Below, one piece after another: positions 39,620 to 51,962 of a DNA stretch of 64,000 nt. Under the pieces are notes generated by a model that had not been told where the DNA came from, did no database searches, and saw nothing but the letters and a program-made list of their open reading frames with translations. Origin of the DNA: Haliotis rubra (taxonomy: Eukaryota). The stretch is from positions 124,001 through 188,000 of the forward strand of contig NW_025765014.1 in NCBI RefSeq assembly GCF_003918875.1. The letters are read 5' to 3'. The stretch's first letter is position 1, and every line of letters starts with the position of its first letter. Both the position numbers and the translations under genes were made by a program.

Positions 39620-39858
39620 TATGTGTTACACATATATATGTGTGTATGTAAGTGTGGTATATGTGTGTATGTTTGCGTGCTATATATGTGTGTGAGTGAG
39701 TGTGTGTATGTGTTATATATATATATGTGTGTGAGTGTGTATGTATGTTATATATGTGGGTATTTGTATCATTTATTTATGTGGGTATGCATCATGTATA
39801 TGTCTATGTGTATGTGTGTTATATATGTGTGTGTTACATATGTCTGTGTATGTGTGTT
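39620..39858 (+). repeat. Degenerate (TG)/(TA) microsatellite abutting a TACC acceptor
   Basis: Run of tgtgtatg/tatatgtg directly before ttacag at 39857-39862. Confidence 0.9.
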
Positions 39859-39862
39859 ACAG

Positions 39863-40023
39863 CGGAGAAGGAAAAGACGTGTAACGCGTCTCAGCAATCG
39901 CTGCAGGACATTGTTCGGGAAAAGGAGCAGGTGCTTGATGACCTTCACTCCGTGGAAACGGCCTTCTCCAACCTGCATCAGCGGTATGAGAAGACCAAAG
40001 GCGTTGTGGAGGGATTCAAACAG
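39863..40023 (+). CDS. TACC: TACC domain exon: AEKEKTCNASQQSLQDIVREKEQVLDDLHSVETAFSNLHQRYEKTKGVVEGFKQ
   Basis: Matches the TACC signature EKEQxxxDLxSVExxFSDLxxRYEKxKxVxEGF; ttacag acceptor, cag|gttgga donor, phases consistent. Confidence 0.95.
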
Positions 40024-40337
40024 GTTGGAACCATCTCAATATGTTGTCTTGTTATACTGAATTGAAATTCATTCTGAGCAAACACAATTTGTAAATGTAT
40101 TCATTCATTACATGTCTACAATCCTGCCACTTTGAGGACAATGATGTCATATCAATAGAAGGTTAAATAAAAAATCGTAGTCTAGCATGGAGCTTTTTCA
40201 AACTTTTTCTGTGATTATTTTCATTCATTAGGAACAGCACACTTTAAATATGTTTTAGGCTGCTGTAGCATGAAAGTGAGATCATTCTTCATACATGATG
40301 CATCAAATAGCTGGTTATGCCTTGACTTTGTTTACAG

Positions 40338-40444
40338 AATGAAGAAGTGTTAAAGAAATGTGTAGCAGATTATCAAGCCAAGTTGAAAAAGTCAGAACAA
40401 AAGTTACAGTTGTTAAAACAGCAAGCAGAAGAAAAATTAGACCA
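40338..40444 (+). CDS. TACC: TACC domain exon: NEEVLKKCVADYQAKLKKSEQKLQLLKQQAEEKLD(H)
   Basis: TACC motif NEEVLKKC...AEEKL; tttacag acceptor and ca|gtaagt donor. Confidence 0.95.
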
Positions 40445-40677
40445 GTAAGTATACTTTAGATATGAGTGCACACTGAATTACCAGCAAAATATAAATATTT
40501 TCAGTTGTGTCTTAATATAGTTTCTGACATGTTCGCAGTAGATATCTGATGACGATATCACTTTAGGATTACAAATGTCATATTAATCTACATGGATCAC
40601 ATAAATATATTCTAAACGAGGAAGTAAATTCAAGAGAAGGATTTCATTGCCAGGAAGAAAACATTTTCAGTGTGTAC

Positions 40678-40767
40678 AACATGGATGCAATGTGTGAAGC
40701 CCATTTCTGGTGTCTCCTGCTGTGATATTACTGGAATATTGCTACAAGCAGTGTAAAACCAAACTCG
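40678..40767 (+). mobile_element. Truncated SINE family A
   Basis: caatgtgtgaagcccatttctggtg...ctggaatattgct...gtaaaaccaaactc. Confidence 0.8.
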
Positions 40768-40926
40768 ACCAGAGTAGCATATGTAGGAGCTACTTTTGTT
40801 CCCATGGCTGTACCGTTTATTTGCTCATAAAATTTGTTGTTGAAAAAAATAAAGAAAAAATGATAATAATAAAACCCAACTCATTCACTCTTTTTGTTAT
40901 GCTGACACTCATGACGGCACCACTGC

Positions 40927-41188
40927 CTGACTTTGTTGTGCTCCCAGACTGACGACTGTGTTGTGCTTCCTGACTGAGGACTGTGTTGTGCTCCCAGACT
41001 GAGGACTGTGTGGTGCTCCCAGACTGACGATTGTGTTGTGCTCCCTGACTGACGACTGTGTGGTGCTCCCAGACTGACGACTGTGTGGTGCTCCCTGACT
41101 GACGACTGTGTGGTGCTCCCAGACTGACGACTGTGTGGTGCTCCCTGACTGACGACTGTGTGGTGTTCCCTGACTAGTGTGTTGTGTT
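40927..41188 (+). repeat. 25-bp minisatellite (~10 copies) abutting a TACC acceptor
   Basis: Unit gactgacgactgtgtggtgctccc(a/t). Confidence 0.94.
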
Positions 41189-41192
41189 GCAG

Positions 41193-41313
41193 TGCTAACT
41201 TGGAGATTGAAAAAGAGAGGAAGGGCCACATGTCAGAAATGGCACGGCTACAGGCTGGCCTCAAGAAGGCCGAGCTACAAATATCAAGTCTGGAGAAGAG
41301 CTTAGAACAAAAG
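41193..41313 (+). CDS. TACC: TACC domain exon: ANLEIEKERKGHMSEMARLQAGLKKAELQISSLEKSLEQK
   Basis: TACC motif ANxEI...LQAxLxK...SLExxLEQK; ttgcag acceptor and aag|gtagga donor. Confidence 0.95.
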
Positions 41314-41826
41314 GTAGGACTTTCAGACACATAAGTTGTCATGGAGAGTGAAAGCGAGAAGTTGTCATATATAAATTATTTCAAGTTTAAAAAGTCGTGA
41401 AAGTTAGAGGCACAGAGTGGCCATTAGTGGTCAGAGCTGAAGACATTCCACAACACCAGAGTTACCACATATCTCATCCCACAGGGGCTTCACTTTCCAT
41501 ATTGAGTAACTCCATCCACATGTTGGGCTGCATGGTATAGCCCAGTTGTCTGAGATGCCGCAGTTCTTTGTGCAGAGTTCACATCACGCTCTCCTACATA
41601 ACTAGGCTGTCTCTGATAAGACTGGATGGCTGTTAAAATCAGAATTAACTCGCTCAACGACTTAATTTATTATGTTTACATTTTGTTCACTGAAGCCTTT
41701 TCCATGTGCATACAACCATATTCCGTAAAGGCAACAGGTGTGGAAGAACGTGTTTTGCTTGATTTAGTTGTTTAATGTGCTATGATAGTTTTATGTGTCT
41801 AAAATATGGTAATTTGTTTACAACAG

Positions 41827-41892
41827 GTGAAGGAGAATCAGGAATTGACAGCAATTTGTGATGAGCTGATTTCTAAAGTTGGTGTTGAGTAG
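41827..41892 (+). CDS. TACC: TACC terminal coding exon: VKENQELTAICDELISKVGVE*
   Basis: Diagnostic TACC C-terminus KENxELTxICDELIxK followed by TAG; caacag acceptor. Confidence 0.96.
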   Translation: MKENQELTAICDELISKVGVE

Positions 41893-41929
41893 CTTCATCC
41901 ATGACAATCTCAGTGGTGAGTACCTGCCC

Positions 41930-42073
41930 ATGCTTGTTGGGTGTCAGATGCTTGTTGGATGTCAGAAGCTTGTTGGGTGTCAGAAGCTTGTTGGGTGTCA
42001 GAAGCTTGTTGGGTGTCAGATGCTTGTTGGGAGTCAGAAGCTTGTTGGGGGTCAGATGCTTGTTGGGAGTCAG
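41930..42073 (+). repeat. 18-bp minisatellite (8 copies) at the start of the TACC 3' UTR
   Basis: Unit (t/a)gcttgttgggtgtcaga. Confidence 0.93.
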
Positions 42074-42642
42074 CTGTGAACGACACAGAATACATAGGCA
42101 AACACTCAATTGATTTAATAGAGGAAGGGGGGCAACTCCGTCTGGCTTAACAATGCATCTGTTGGTTTCCAGTTGCATTGATCAGACCGAATTTCCAAAA
42201 CTGGAGCAAATAATTTGGATAAGATTTTGATGTACCGTATATTACATTACCATAGGTAAGCCATTCTCAGATAAGCTGATATAAGCAGTATGTATTTTAT
42301 ATCTACTTACTTAAAGTTTTGCGTCCACTTTTTTAAGTTTAGATTCTTCAAGTTAGAGGTTTACATGTACTTATTTTAGTGAACAAGTCTACTTGATAGT
42401 TATATTTCTAGTTTTTTAAGTTATGCTCATACATTTATGTATTGAAGTTGAACTTCATGTGCAGTTAGTAAGTAGGTTATGACATTGATTTTAAGGTTAA
42501 TATGTAATTATTTACTATTGAACTCACATACTGAGTCTCCATGCTGTTTTATCATTTTCAATTATGCAGAATACACCTGAGATCTGAATCACTTCAGGAT
42601 TTCATCCCACATTAACTTCACAATAATGTGGACTTCATTTTC

Positions 42643-42780
42643 AGGGGTGATATGGTAGTCTAGTGGTTAAAGCATTCATTCGCTATGCCAAGGACCTGCG
42701 TTTAATTCCCTGCATTGGAACAATGTGTTGAGTCCATTTCAGGTGCCCCCTGTCGTGCCATTGCTGGAACGTTGCTTAAT
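42643..42780 (+). mobile_element. Degenerate SINE family A
   Basis: ggtagtctagtggttaaagc...gtccatttcaggtgccccc...ttgctggaacgttgct. Confidence 0.75.
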
Positions 42781-42858
42781 TTGATGATTTTCATCTTTCC
42801 TTGTAGCTTTTGTTTTAATAATGAAATATCATCATTGCAGGTAATTCTGAGGTTAAAG

Positions 42859-43035
42859 GGGCGGTGGGGTAGTCTAGTGGTTAAAGTGTTGGCTCGTCAC
42901 GCCGAAGACCCGGGTTCTAATCCCCACATGGGTACAATGAGTGAAGCCCATTTCTGGTGTCCCCCCGCCGTGATATTGCTGGAATATTGCTGGAATATTG
43001 CTAAAAGCGGCGTAAAACCAAACTCAGTCAGTCAG
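42859..43035 (+). mobile_element. SINE family A with TSD
   Basis: Full copy with a small internal duplication and (agtc)n tail; TSD tctgaggttaaag at 42846-42858 and 43036-43048. Confidence 0.93.
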
Positions 43036-43597
43036 TCTGAGGTTAAAGATGTTTTCACTTGTATGTTACAGAGAGATGCAATCAAACCACAGGGTGCTGC
43101 TGTATGGAGGCAGGCTATCATATCACACATAGATCACACACTGTTGGCAGTACTTAATCACAGTCAGTTGGGAGAATCATTTACAGCCAGGATCTACAGC
43201 AACGGAGTTCATTGTTATCTTCTTCAGCCGTATCTACTTCGGATCTCATCCACGTGAAGGAGAAACGTCCGTCTTCATGGAGACATTTGTATGAGAGGAT
43301 ATTGTTGTCTGGCTGTGAGATCATGTATGTCGCTCCATATACCTATAGTGTGTACTAATTCTTCAGGAAACATCAACGTGTGTAACTGCTTTTTTACCCA
43401 GTACAGCCATGGAAGCATGGATGTTTAAACAGATACTTTGTGAAGAATTCTCAACCAGTGGCTTGCTTGTGAACATCGCTCTTGTAGAGTCATCACTGCA
43501 TTTTAGGAAAAGGTCGTAAAAATCATATGGAAATTATGTGAATTACTGCTTACCCAGGATGGGATCTAGAAGGGCAGCTATGGTCATTGCTTGTACT

Positions 43598-43947
43598 TTA
43601 GGAGTGATGGTTGTTGACACATGTGGCCGACAGACGACAAGACAGTTCTTGCCTTGCTTTCACTGAAGGAGTGATGGTTGGTGGCACTTGTTGCTGACAG
43701 ACAACAAGACAGTTCTCGCCTTGCTTTCACTGAAGGAGTGATGGTTGGTGGCACTTGTTGCCGACAGACAACAAAACAGTTCTCGCCTTGCTTTCACTGA
43801 AGGAGTGATGGCTGGTTGGACATGTGGCAGATGGACAACAAAACAGTTCTCACCTTGCTCTCACTGAAGGAGTGATGGTTGGTGGCACATGTGGCCGACA
43901 GACAACAAGACAGTTCTCGCCTTGCTCTCACTAAAGGAATGATGGTT
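43598..43947 (+). repeat. 67-bp minisatellite (~5 copies)
   Basis: Unit cactgaaggagtgatggttggtggcacttgttgctgacagacaacaagacagttctcgccttgcttt. Confidence 0.93.
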
Positions 43948-44967
43948 TTGTTCTTGTCTACTTCTCCGCTGACTGGAGTCATGGGGTGGCCATGTGGTTA
44001 AAGAGGTCGCTTGTCTTGCCGAAGCCAGAGTTTGATTCCCAACATGGATCCTGGTGATAATGTTAGACTTTTGCTAAAACGCATTGTGGATCCATTCTGT
44101 GTCACAGACTCTTCCATCACTCTCTGAATAGTTCTCCAAGTAGGTTTCTCCTGAACTGAGTGACAAGCCTGTTGATGATACTGAAACTTTACTGGTGTAG
44201 ATGTCCCCTGTGTGTGCGTCATATCAAGGGAGTAATGGCTGTGTGGTCCTCTACTGTGTAATCCTCTGACATCAACAGCAGCAGCTTCAGGACTCCAACA
44301 CCGACATCATCAGTTGGACAGTGTGTGAAGGGGACAGGATGCTGTGTGGATGACAACAAGGTCATGAGAGCTGGAAGATCCATTTTTCACCATCGACACA
44401 CATATAATAATTGAATATTTTATGAAGTGAGTGTTCCTTTCGTTTGATTACTTCTGGAAATTATCAGGATATCTTGACATGTGACAAATTTCCCAACAAG
44501 AGTAACAGTGTTGGATTTGATCAAGGAGGTAAGGAGTCAAGCTACTCCTGAGTACCACAGTTTGTCCTGATAGTGTCATGTGAGCAAACAGTGTTCAATG
44601 AGCTCTTACCATCAGCCAAGTTGTATCGTGTGTCATCTACCATGTATCTGTGTACCATTTGGAGTGGATTTGGTTGTATCCAAAAGACACTGGTGAAAAT
44701 ATCATACCAAGGTTGTACCATGTATAGCGTGTACATTCAATCATAATTACCATGTATCATGTACCAAGTTGATTGGCAAACACTGGTGCCAGTACTTTCT
44801 CAAGGTTGTACCATTTGGACGGAGTATGTGTGAGTTAGAAACAGACATAGGGACCATAAGCTTGTACCAGCATGTCAGGTGTGAGGTACAAACATTGAGA
44901 CAGCTATGTATCAACTTGATAGAGCTGGCTGCAGAAGGGAGCTCAGCATACATCCACTGGATGATCC

Positions 44968-46735
44968 ATTATCAAGATACCTAGATATGTGGCATTGCTG
45001 CGTATATGCAGGTATCAGACACTTAGGCATGTAGCATTGCTCTGTGTTTAGAGGCTATCAAGACACCTAGGTATGTTGCATTGTTTTTTCTATAGAGGCT
45101 ATCAAGACACCTTGATGTGTTGTATTGCTCTTTATACAGAAGCTATCAAGACACCTCAATGTGTTGTATTGCTCCCTATATAGAGGCTATCAAGACACCT
45201 AGATGTGTTGTTTTGCTCTTGTATTGAAGCTATCAAGGCACTTGAATGCATGGCATTGCTCTTTATACTGAAGCTATAAAGACACCTAGATGTGTTGTTT
45301 TGCTCTTGTATTGAAGCTATTAAGGCACTTTAATGCATGGCATTGCTCTTTATACAGAAGCTATCAAGACAGCTGAATGCGTGGCATTGCTCTTTATATT
45401 GAAGCTATAAAGACACCTACATGTGTTGCTTTGCTCTTTATATTGAGGCTATCAAGACACCTGAATGCTTGGCATTGCTCTTTATATTGAAGCTATCAAG
45501 ACACCAAGACGTGTTGCTTTGCTGTTTACACAGAAGGTATCAAGAACCTGAATGTGTGGTATTCTGTATACAGAAGGTATCAAGACACCTGAATGTGTAG
45601 TATTCTGTATACAGAAGGTATCAAGAACCTGAATGTGTGGTATTCTGTTACAGAAGGTATCAAGACACCTGAATGTGTGGTATTCTGTATACAGAAGGTA
45701 TCAAGACACCTGAATGTGTGGTATTCTGTATACAGAAGGTATCAAGATACCTGAATGTGTGGTATTGTTCTGCATACAGTGGGTATCAAGACACCTGAAT
45801 GTGTGGTATTCTGTATACAGAAGGTATCAAGACACCTGAATGTGTGGTATTCTGTATACAGAAGGTATCAAGACACCTGAATGTGTGGTATTCTGTATAC
45901 AGAAGGTATCAAGACACCTGAATGTGTTGTATTGTTCTGTATACAGAAGGTATCAAGACACCTGATTGTGTGGTATTGTTCTGTATACAGAAGGTATCAA
46001 GAACCTAAATGTGTGGTATTCTGTATACAGAAGGTATCAAGACACCTGAATGTGTTGTATTTTTCTGTATTCAGTGGGTATCAAGAACCTAAATGTGTGG
46101 TATTGTTCTGTATACAGTGGGTATCAAGACACCTGAATGTGTGGTATTGTTCTGTATACAGAAGGTATCAAGAACCTAAATGTGTGGTATTGTTCTGTAT
46201 ACAGAGGGTATCAAGACACCTGAATGTGTTGCATTGTTCTGTATACAGAAGGTATCAAGAACCTAAATGTGTGGTATTCTGTATACAGAAGGTATCAAGA
46301 CACCTGAATGTGTTGTATTGTTCTGTATACAGAAGGTATCAAGACACCTAAATGTGTGGTATTGTTCTGTATACAGAAGGTATCAAGAACCTAAATGTGT
46401 GGTATTCTGTATACAGAGGGTATCAAGACACCTGAATGTGTGGTATTGTTCTGTATACAGAAGGTATCAAGAACCTAAATGTGTGGTATTCTGTATACAG
46501 AAGGTATCAAGACCCCTGAATGTGTGGTATTGTTCTGTATACAGAAGGTATCAAGACCCCTGAATGTGTGGTATTGTTCTGTATACAGAAGGTATCAAGA
46601 CACCTGAATGTGTGGTATTGTTCTGTATACAGAAGGTATCAAGACACCTGAATGTATTGCATTGCTCTGCATGTACATAGAGGTTACCAAGACTCCTAGA
46701 TGTGTTGCATTGCTCTATATACAGAGGTTATCCAG
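44968..46735 (+). repeat. 41/44-bp minisatellite (~40 copies)
   Basis: Unit gaaggtatcaagacacctgaatgtgtggtatt(gtt)ctgtataca; diverged variants at both ends. Confidence 0.96.
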
Positions 46736-49700
46736 ATTCGTGGCAAGGCTCTGTAGTGGTCAGTTGTTGGTGCTGAAGTCTGGGATGTGAACTTTGGTAA
46801 TGAAAGTGTTGCTCTTTTCACCTGTTATGAACCTTCTGGCAGATATTAATCACGATAAACGAAGAACCTTATCATGACACCGTAGATCATTAGAACCCTG
46901 CTATCATATATTTATGCAATAATCTGACTCTGGATGATTCATCCCAGAGATAGCCAGCTGAAGGTGCAGGGGACCTCATTGAAGAGGTCCAGGAGGTTTG
47001 TTCTGGACACTCTCAATGACGATCATTTAACTTGTCAGGACAAGGACCATTTGGTTCATGTTGCACTTTGAAAATCTAAAACCACTGTGTAACGTATCAA
47101 AGACTGGATCTGATGGATTTTTCTACCTTCAGCGTGACTGACTTACAGAGTGTCTCTCATCATGGAGTACTTCAAGACTTTCTTGAGAGGCATTTAGAGT
47201 ATTTCATTATACTTCAAGACTGTGGATGAGGTTTTGGTCTTCATTCATAGTTGTACACCAGCCAACTTTACCTCAGGTGTGCTGTCCAGCCTTGTGTCCA
47301 TCGTGCAATGTAAATATTGTATTAAGGCTAGCTTGTGTGTGATACAGTCACTCTATATACAGGCTTGGTGGTGTGAGATAGTGTAATCTTAAACTCCTAA
47401 TTATCTACCATCTAGGTAGTAAGTTATGCTTCATTTCCTATAATCATTTAGTTCTGAGTTGACATACAACTTGTTTTCATTCATGATTGAAGAAGATGTA
47501 AAGTGTTACTGGTTGGTTTAACGGATTGTACTAAAGGTTGATTCAGCTGACATTGTACAGGTTAATTGTATTAGGTTGACTATCCTTTAGCTATTTTTTG
47601 TACAATAATGTTATTTGTACAAATGGGTTTTATGAACATATGCTTTACATGAAGATATGACACTGTTTGATTGACCTGGATGTTAATGAGTATGCTTGAG
47701 GTAAACATACTGATATTTTGTTGCTGACAAAATTAAAACTCACTCTGAGGATGAAAGTAAGCTGTTTCCTACTTTCCCTTTGGAAGAGGTTATCAAAGAA
47801 TTGTACATGACTTGTGTCACTATTCAACTTTAGAATGATTTCAGAGGAGTTCGTATATAACTTTTTAAAAATAGTTCTCTTGAAATGACAATCAACATTT
47901 GAGTGCAACAGATGCATCTTCATCAATAAAATGACATTAAGATATGATATATCTAGAACTTATTGTAGCAGTTATGAAATGTCAGAATCAAGAAATTTCT
48001 TGGGTACTTGAAATCTCTGAAGATATTTCAATTATAAAGAATTGGAATATAAAAATAGCAGTAGTGACAAAGACTTCATAAAGAGGAACAAATTTTATGG
48101 ATTGACTTCTTTATTAAAATAGATGCGATGAAACGTTGTACCAGGTTCAGCCAGTTAAAGAAGAAAAGACTTGACATTCATGTTTAATTTTAAAATCTGT
48201 AAACAGTAATTTCAAAAATTGTCCTTTGATTGACAGTTATGATGGAGGGTTTTTTGTGACCTGCCTTGTTATGTTGATCCTTGTAGAGCTATGTGCTGCT
48301 CACAAAACTCCCCAGCTGTGTTTCCCGTTACACTGCACTATTTTTACCAGCGGAGGGTGACGTGGCTGTACACGTCTGTGATATATGCTGTTAATAGCTG
48401 TGTGTCGTGTCAGTGTCACTCAGCATCAGGTCCAGTGTGACAGTTAGCCCCAGTGATATTAACAAGTTTTTATCTGACGTGTGTCTTAAAGCAGTGGGCA
48501 ATTCATGATTTGAGCTTAATTTCAATTTGACAAATTTTGATTGACATTTCTGTCAACCTTAGAATCATTTATACATACAACATAATTATGTATGATATAA
48601 TATATAATATACTTTTGTATATATTTAATTATTAAATAAAAAACTAAAAAATATTTAATTTAATGATCCAAATTATTTGTTTAAATTTACATAGTTGTTA
48701 AAATACTGATCATGAAGAGGTATTTTGCGATATTGAAGAAACCTCATAAAATTCTGTTAATTAGTGAAAATTCTATATGATCTAAACTGACACAGATTAT
48801 ATGCTGTCTGATGTTCTTACCATGAGTGTCTTTTAGAATGAATATTGATTTATTGTTCCGTTTCATTTAAGCTTGGTTTTCTTTAAAAGAGAGATCTCAG
48901 TGGAATGATCTGTCAATGTTCAATGTGACATCCTGATGCACCAGGTGGACTTGTGATCATCTTGTGTCTAAAACCATATTACCATGGCTACATTGGTCAG
49001 TGTTGTTAAGTCATGGACCTACCTGTAGAGAGAGAAACAATATTTACCAACATCTTTAGCTAGTCCTGATCTGATGATTGCATTTATTTTGTGATATTTG
49101 ATCTTTTGATTATTTTAGTTGGTTGCGCATGAGAGAACTGATTACTTGATGAAGTAGGTTTTGGTTTTTAGGTTTTTACGAATGAAAGACGTTGCTTACT
49201 TCGCTTATAATATGCAATTTTTAATTTTCTTTTCACCCCATGACATCTGAAACTTGAAGGTTCTATTTTAATGAGATATTTCATATAAGTTGTGTAACAG
49301 AAGACCTGTTTTTTCTGCAGTTTTCCAGCATCCACCATAGGTGTGAGGATGATGTAAAAGTATGCTGGCAATGGGAATGGTCAAAGTTCTTACATTTATT
49401 ATGAAATATTATGTATTTCTTGAAAAAGAAAATTGGTCTTTTACTCGAGTGACATAACGTTAGAAAATGTGTAATGAATACAGGACATTTTTCTATTATG
49501 GTTATATATTTATTGGGCCTTGGTTGTGAGATGATGATTATAACATGGTTTGAGTTTTAACTTGTTAAAAGGAATATTTGAGTCCACCAGCAAACAATGT
49601 TTGTTTTGAATTAGCATGCATGAAAGTGATACAAATGGATGTCCTGTTATCAACATTTTTATGAAGTGTATGTAACCATGACAAGCAATTTTTGTTAGAA

Positions 49701-50109
49701 ATAAGCACAAACCAGTTGTAGGTTTTTGTAAAAAAAATGTGTTTATATCTGTACTGAAAATGGTAAGTGAAGTTTATTTTGGCCCATTTGAGCAAAAACA
49801 AAGTTTGAAAAGAAAGAATATACACTTGAACATTACAACAATTGGAAACAGATTGATAAAATAGATTAGAAAATTAATATATTGCTAACCAAACATGTTT
49901 CATAATCTATTCTTTTTCTGTTAAATGTTTGTTTCTGTTTGCGTTTGTTTTATCAGCATTAGTCTCAAGTTCTTGAGTTCTGTAGCTAGACCTAGCATGC
50001 TCTAGTGCTATGTTAGCTGGGTGAGATATGAAGTGTATCTGTCATATTACATTGCAGTATCTAATTTATTTGCACATAAAAAGTTGTATAAACAGTTATA
50101 TCATATGTA

Positions 50110-50115
50110 AATAAA
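50110..50115 (+). terminator. Candidate TACC polyadenylation signal (AATAAA); others at 47925 and ~48636
   Basis: AATAAA preceded by tgta motifs and followed ~20 nt later by GT/T-rich sequence (tgtgttgatgtt, tgtgttgttc). Confidence 0.4.
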
Positions 50116-50749
50116 ATGCATTTATCCTACTGAATGTGTTGATGTTCAGTCTACTAGACATGTGTTGTTCAGAACAGTTTCAGTAAAATGAAACCATCAT
50201 CCAGTATGACTGCTTATTTTGGAAGAAAGCCAGGCAGCATACCTGTTTTCACAAGTATTTTTTTTACAGGTTTTAACTAATTTCAATACAATGTGTCATG
50301 TTTGTTTTAACATGAGGGTCACTGTGCCCCAAAAATGTATGAATGTTGGTTTAAAACCCAAATTTGGCACATTTGTCAGTTCCATACATTATAAATGGCC
50401 ATGATCTTGGTCCCTTCCCCCATCAACTGATACAACCTGACATTTTTGGGAGGCATGTAGAAGTTGCTATTCAAGTCTAAGACTAAACATTATGGACGTC
50501 CACTTCCTCTTTATTGTATACACAACATTTATTCACCTAGACGAAGGGGCAAGGAAAAGCCCAGAAACATGCCAATATGATCAATCAGTCATTCTGTTCA
50601 TATCAAGAAGAAACTAATAATGAATACAGTTACATGCTTGAGAAGTGACTGATAAAGTATCTTACAAAGGTTGCAACTTTCTTCTTAGGAAATGACCAAT
50701 AAGTGTTCTGTTGTGTACATCCCGAGAAGATGTTGAATGCAGTAAAATC

Positions 50750-51962
50750 AGCTATGTGAGAAACTGATGATGGTATGTGAAACTGAATGAGGGGAAGAAG
50801 CAGAGTGAGGATGTGAAGCTGAATGAGGGTATGTCAGGCAGAATGAAGGTAAGTGATGCTGAATGAAGTGATGTGAAAGCTGAATCTGAATGAGGTATGT
50901 GAAGCTGAATGAAGGAATGAAGCTGAATGCATGAGGTATGTGAAGAATGAATGAAGATGGTATGTGAAGCTATGTGAATCTGAATGAGGTATGTGAAACT
51001 GAATGAGGGGAAGTCAAGCAGAATGAAAGTATGTGAAGCTGAATGAGGGTATGTGAAGCTATGTGAATAGCTGAATGAATCTGAATGAGGGAAGAAGCAG
51101 AGTGAGGATGTGAAGCTGAATGAGGGTATGCCAAGCTGTGAAGCTGAATGAGGGTATGTGAATCTGAATGATGATGGTATGTATGTGAATGATGTTATGC
51201 CAAACTGAGGGTATGAGGGCTGAATGAATTGTGTGCCAAGCTGAATGATGGTAGCAGAGTGAGGATGTGAAGCTGAATGAGGGTATGTCAGGCAGAATGA
51301 AAGTATGTGAAGCTGAATGAGGGTATGTGAAGCTATGTGAATCTGAATGAGGGTATGATGGTATGTGAAACTGAATGAGGGGAAGAAGCAGAGTGAGGAT
51401 GTGAAGCTGAATGAGGGTATGTCAGGCAGAATGAAAGTATGTGAAGCTGAATGAGGGTATGTGAAGCTATGTGAATCTGAATGAGGGTATGTGAAACTGA
51501 ATGAGGGGAAGAAGCAGAGTGAGGATGTGAAGCTGAATGAGGGTATGTCAGGCAAAATGAAAGCTATGTGAAGCTATGTGAATGTGAATGAGGGTATGTG
51601 AATCTGAATGAGGGTATGTGAAGCTATGTGAATCTGAATGAGGGTATGTGAAGCTGAATGAGGGTATGTCAGGCTGAATGAGGGTATGTGAAGCTATGTG
51701 AATCTGAATGAGGGTATGTGAATCTGAATGAGGGTATGTGAAGCTATGTGAATCTGAATGAGGGTATGTGAAGCTGAATGAGGGTATGAGAAGCTGAATG
51801 AGGGTATGTGAATGAAGGTATGTGTGAATGAGGGTATGTGAATCTGAATGAGGGTATGTGAATCTGAATGAGGGTATGTGAAGCTGAATGATGGTATGTG
51901 AATCTGAATGTTGGTATGCCAAGCTGAATGAACGTGTTTGAAGCTGAATGAGGGTACGTGCA
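50750..51962 (+). repeat. 20-bp-based composite minisatellite
   Basis: Unit gctgaatgagggtatgtgaa with higher-order blocks containing gaagaagcagagtgaggat. Confidence 0.95.

Noticed and set aside
42715-43257. 180-aa ORF after the TACC stop
   Set aside because: Runs through two SINE copies; not a gene.
45881-46790. Repetitive Cys/Val-rich ORFs
   Set aside because: By-products of the 41/44-bp array; the same applies to ORFs at 8156-8846, 22550-22891, 35690-36112, 40881-41342 and 41873-42178.
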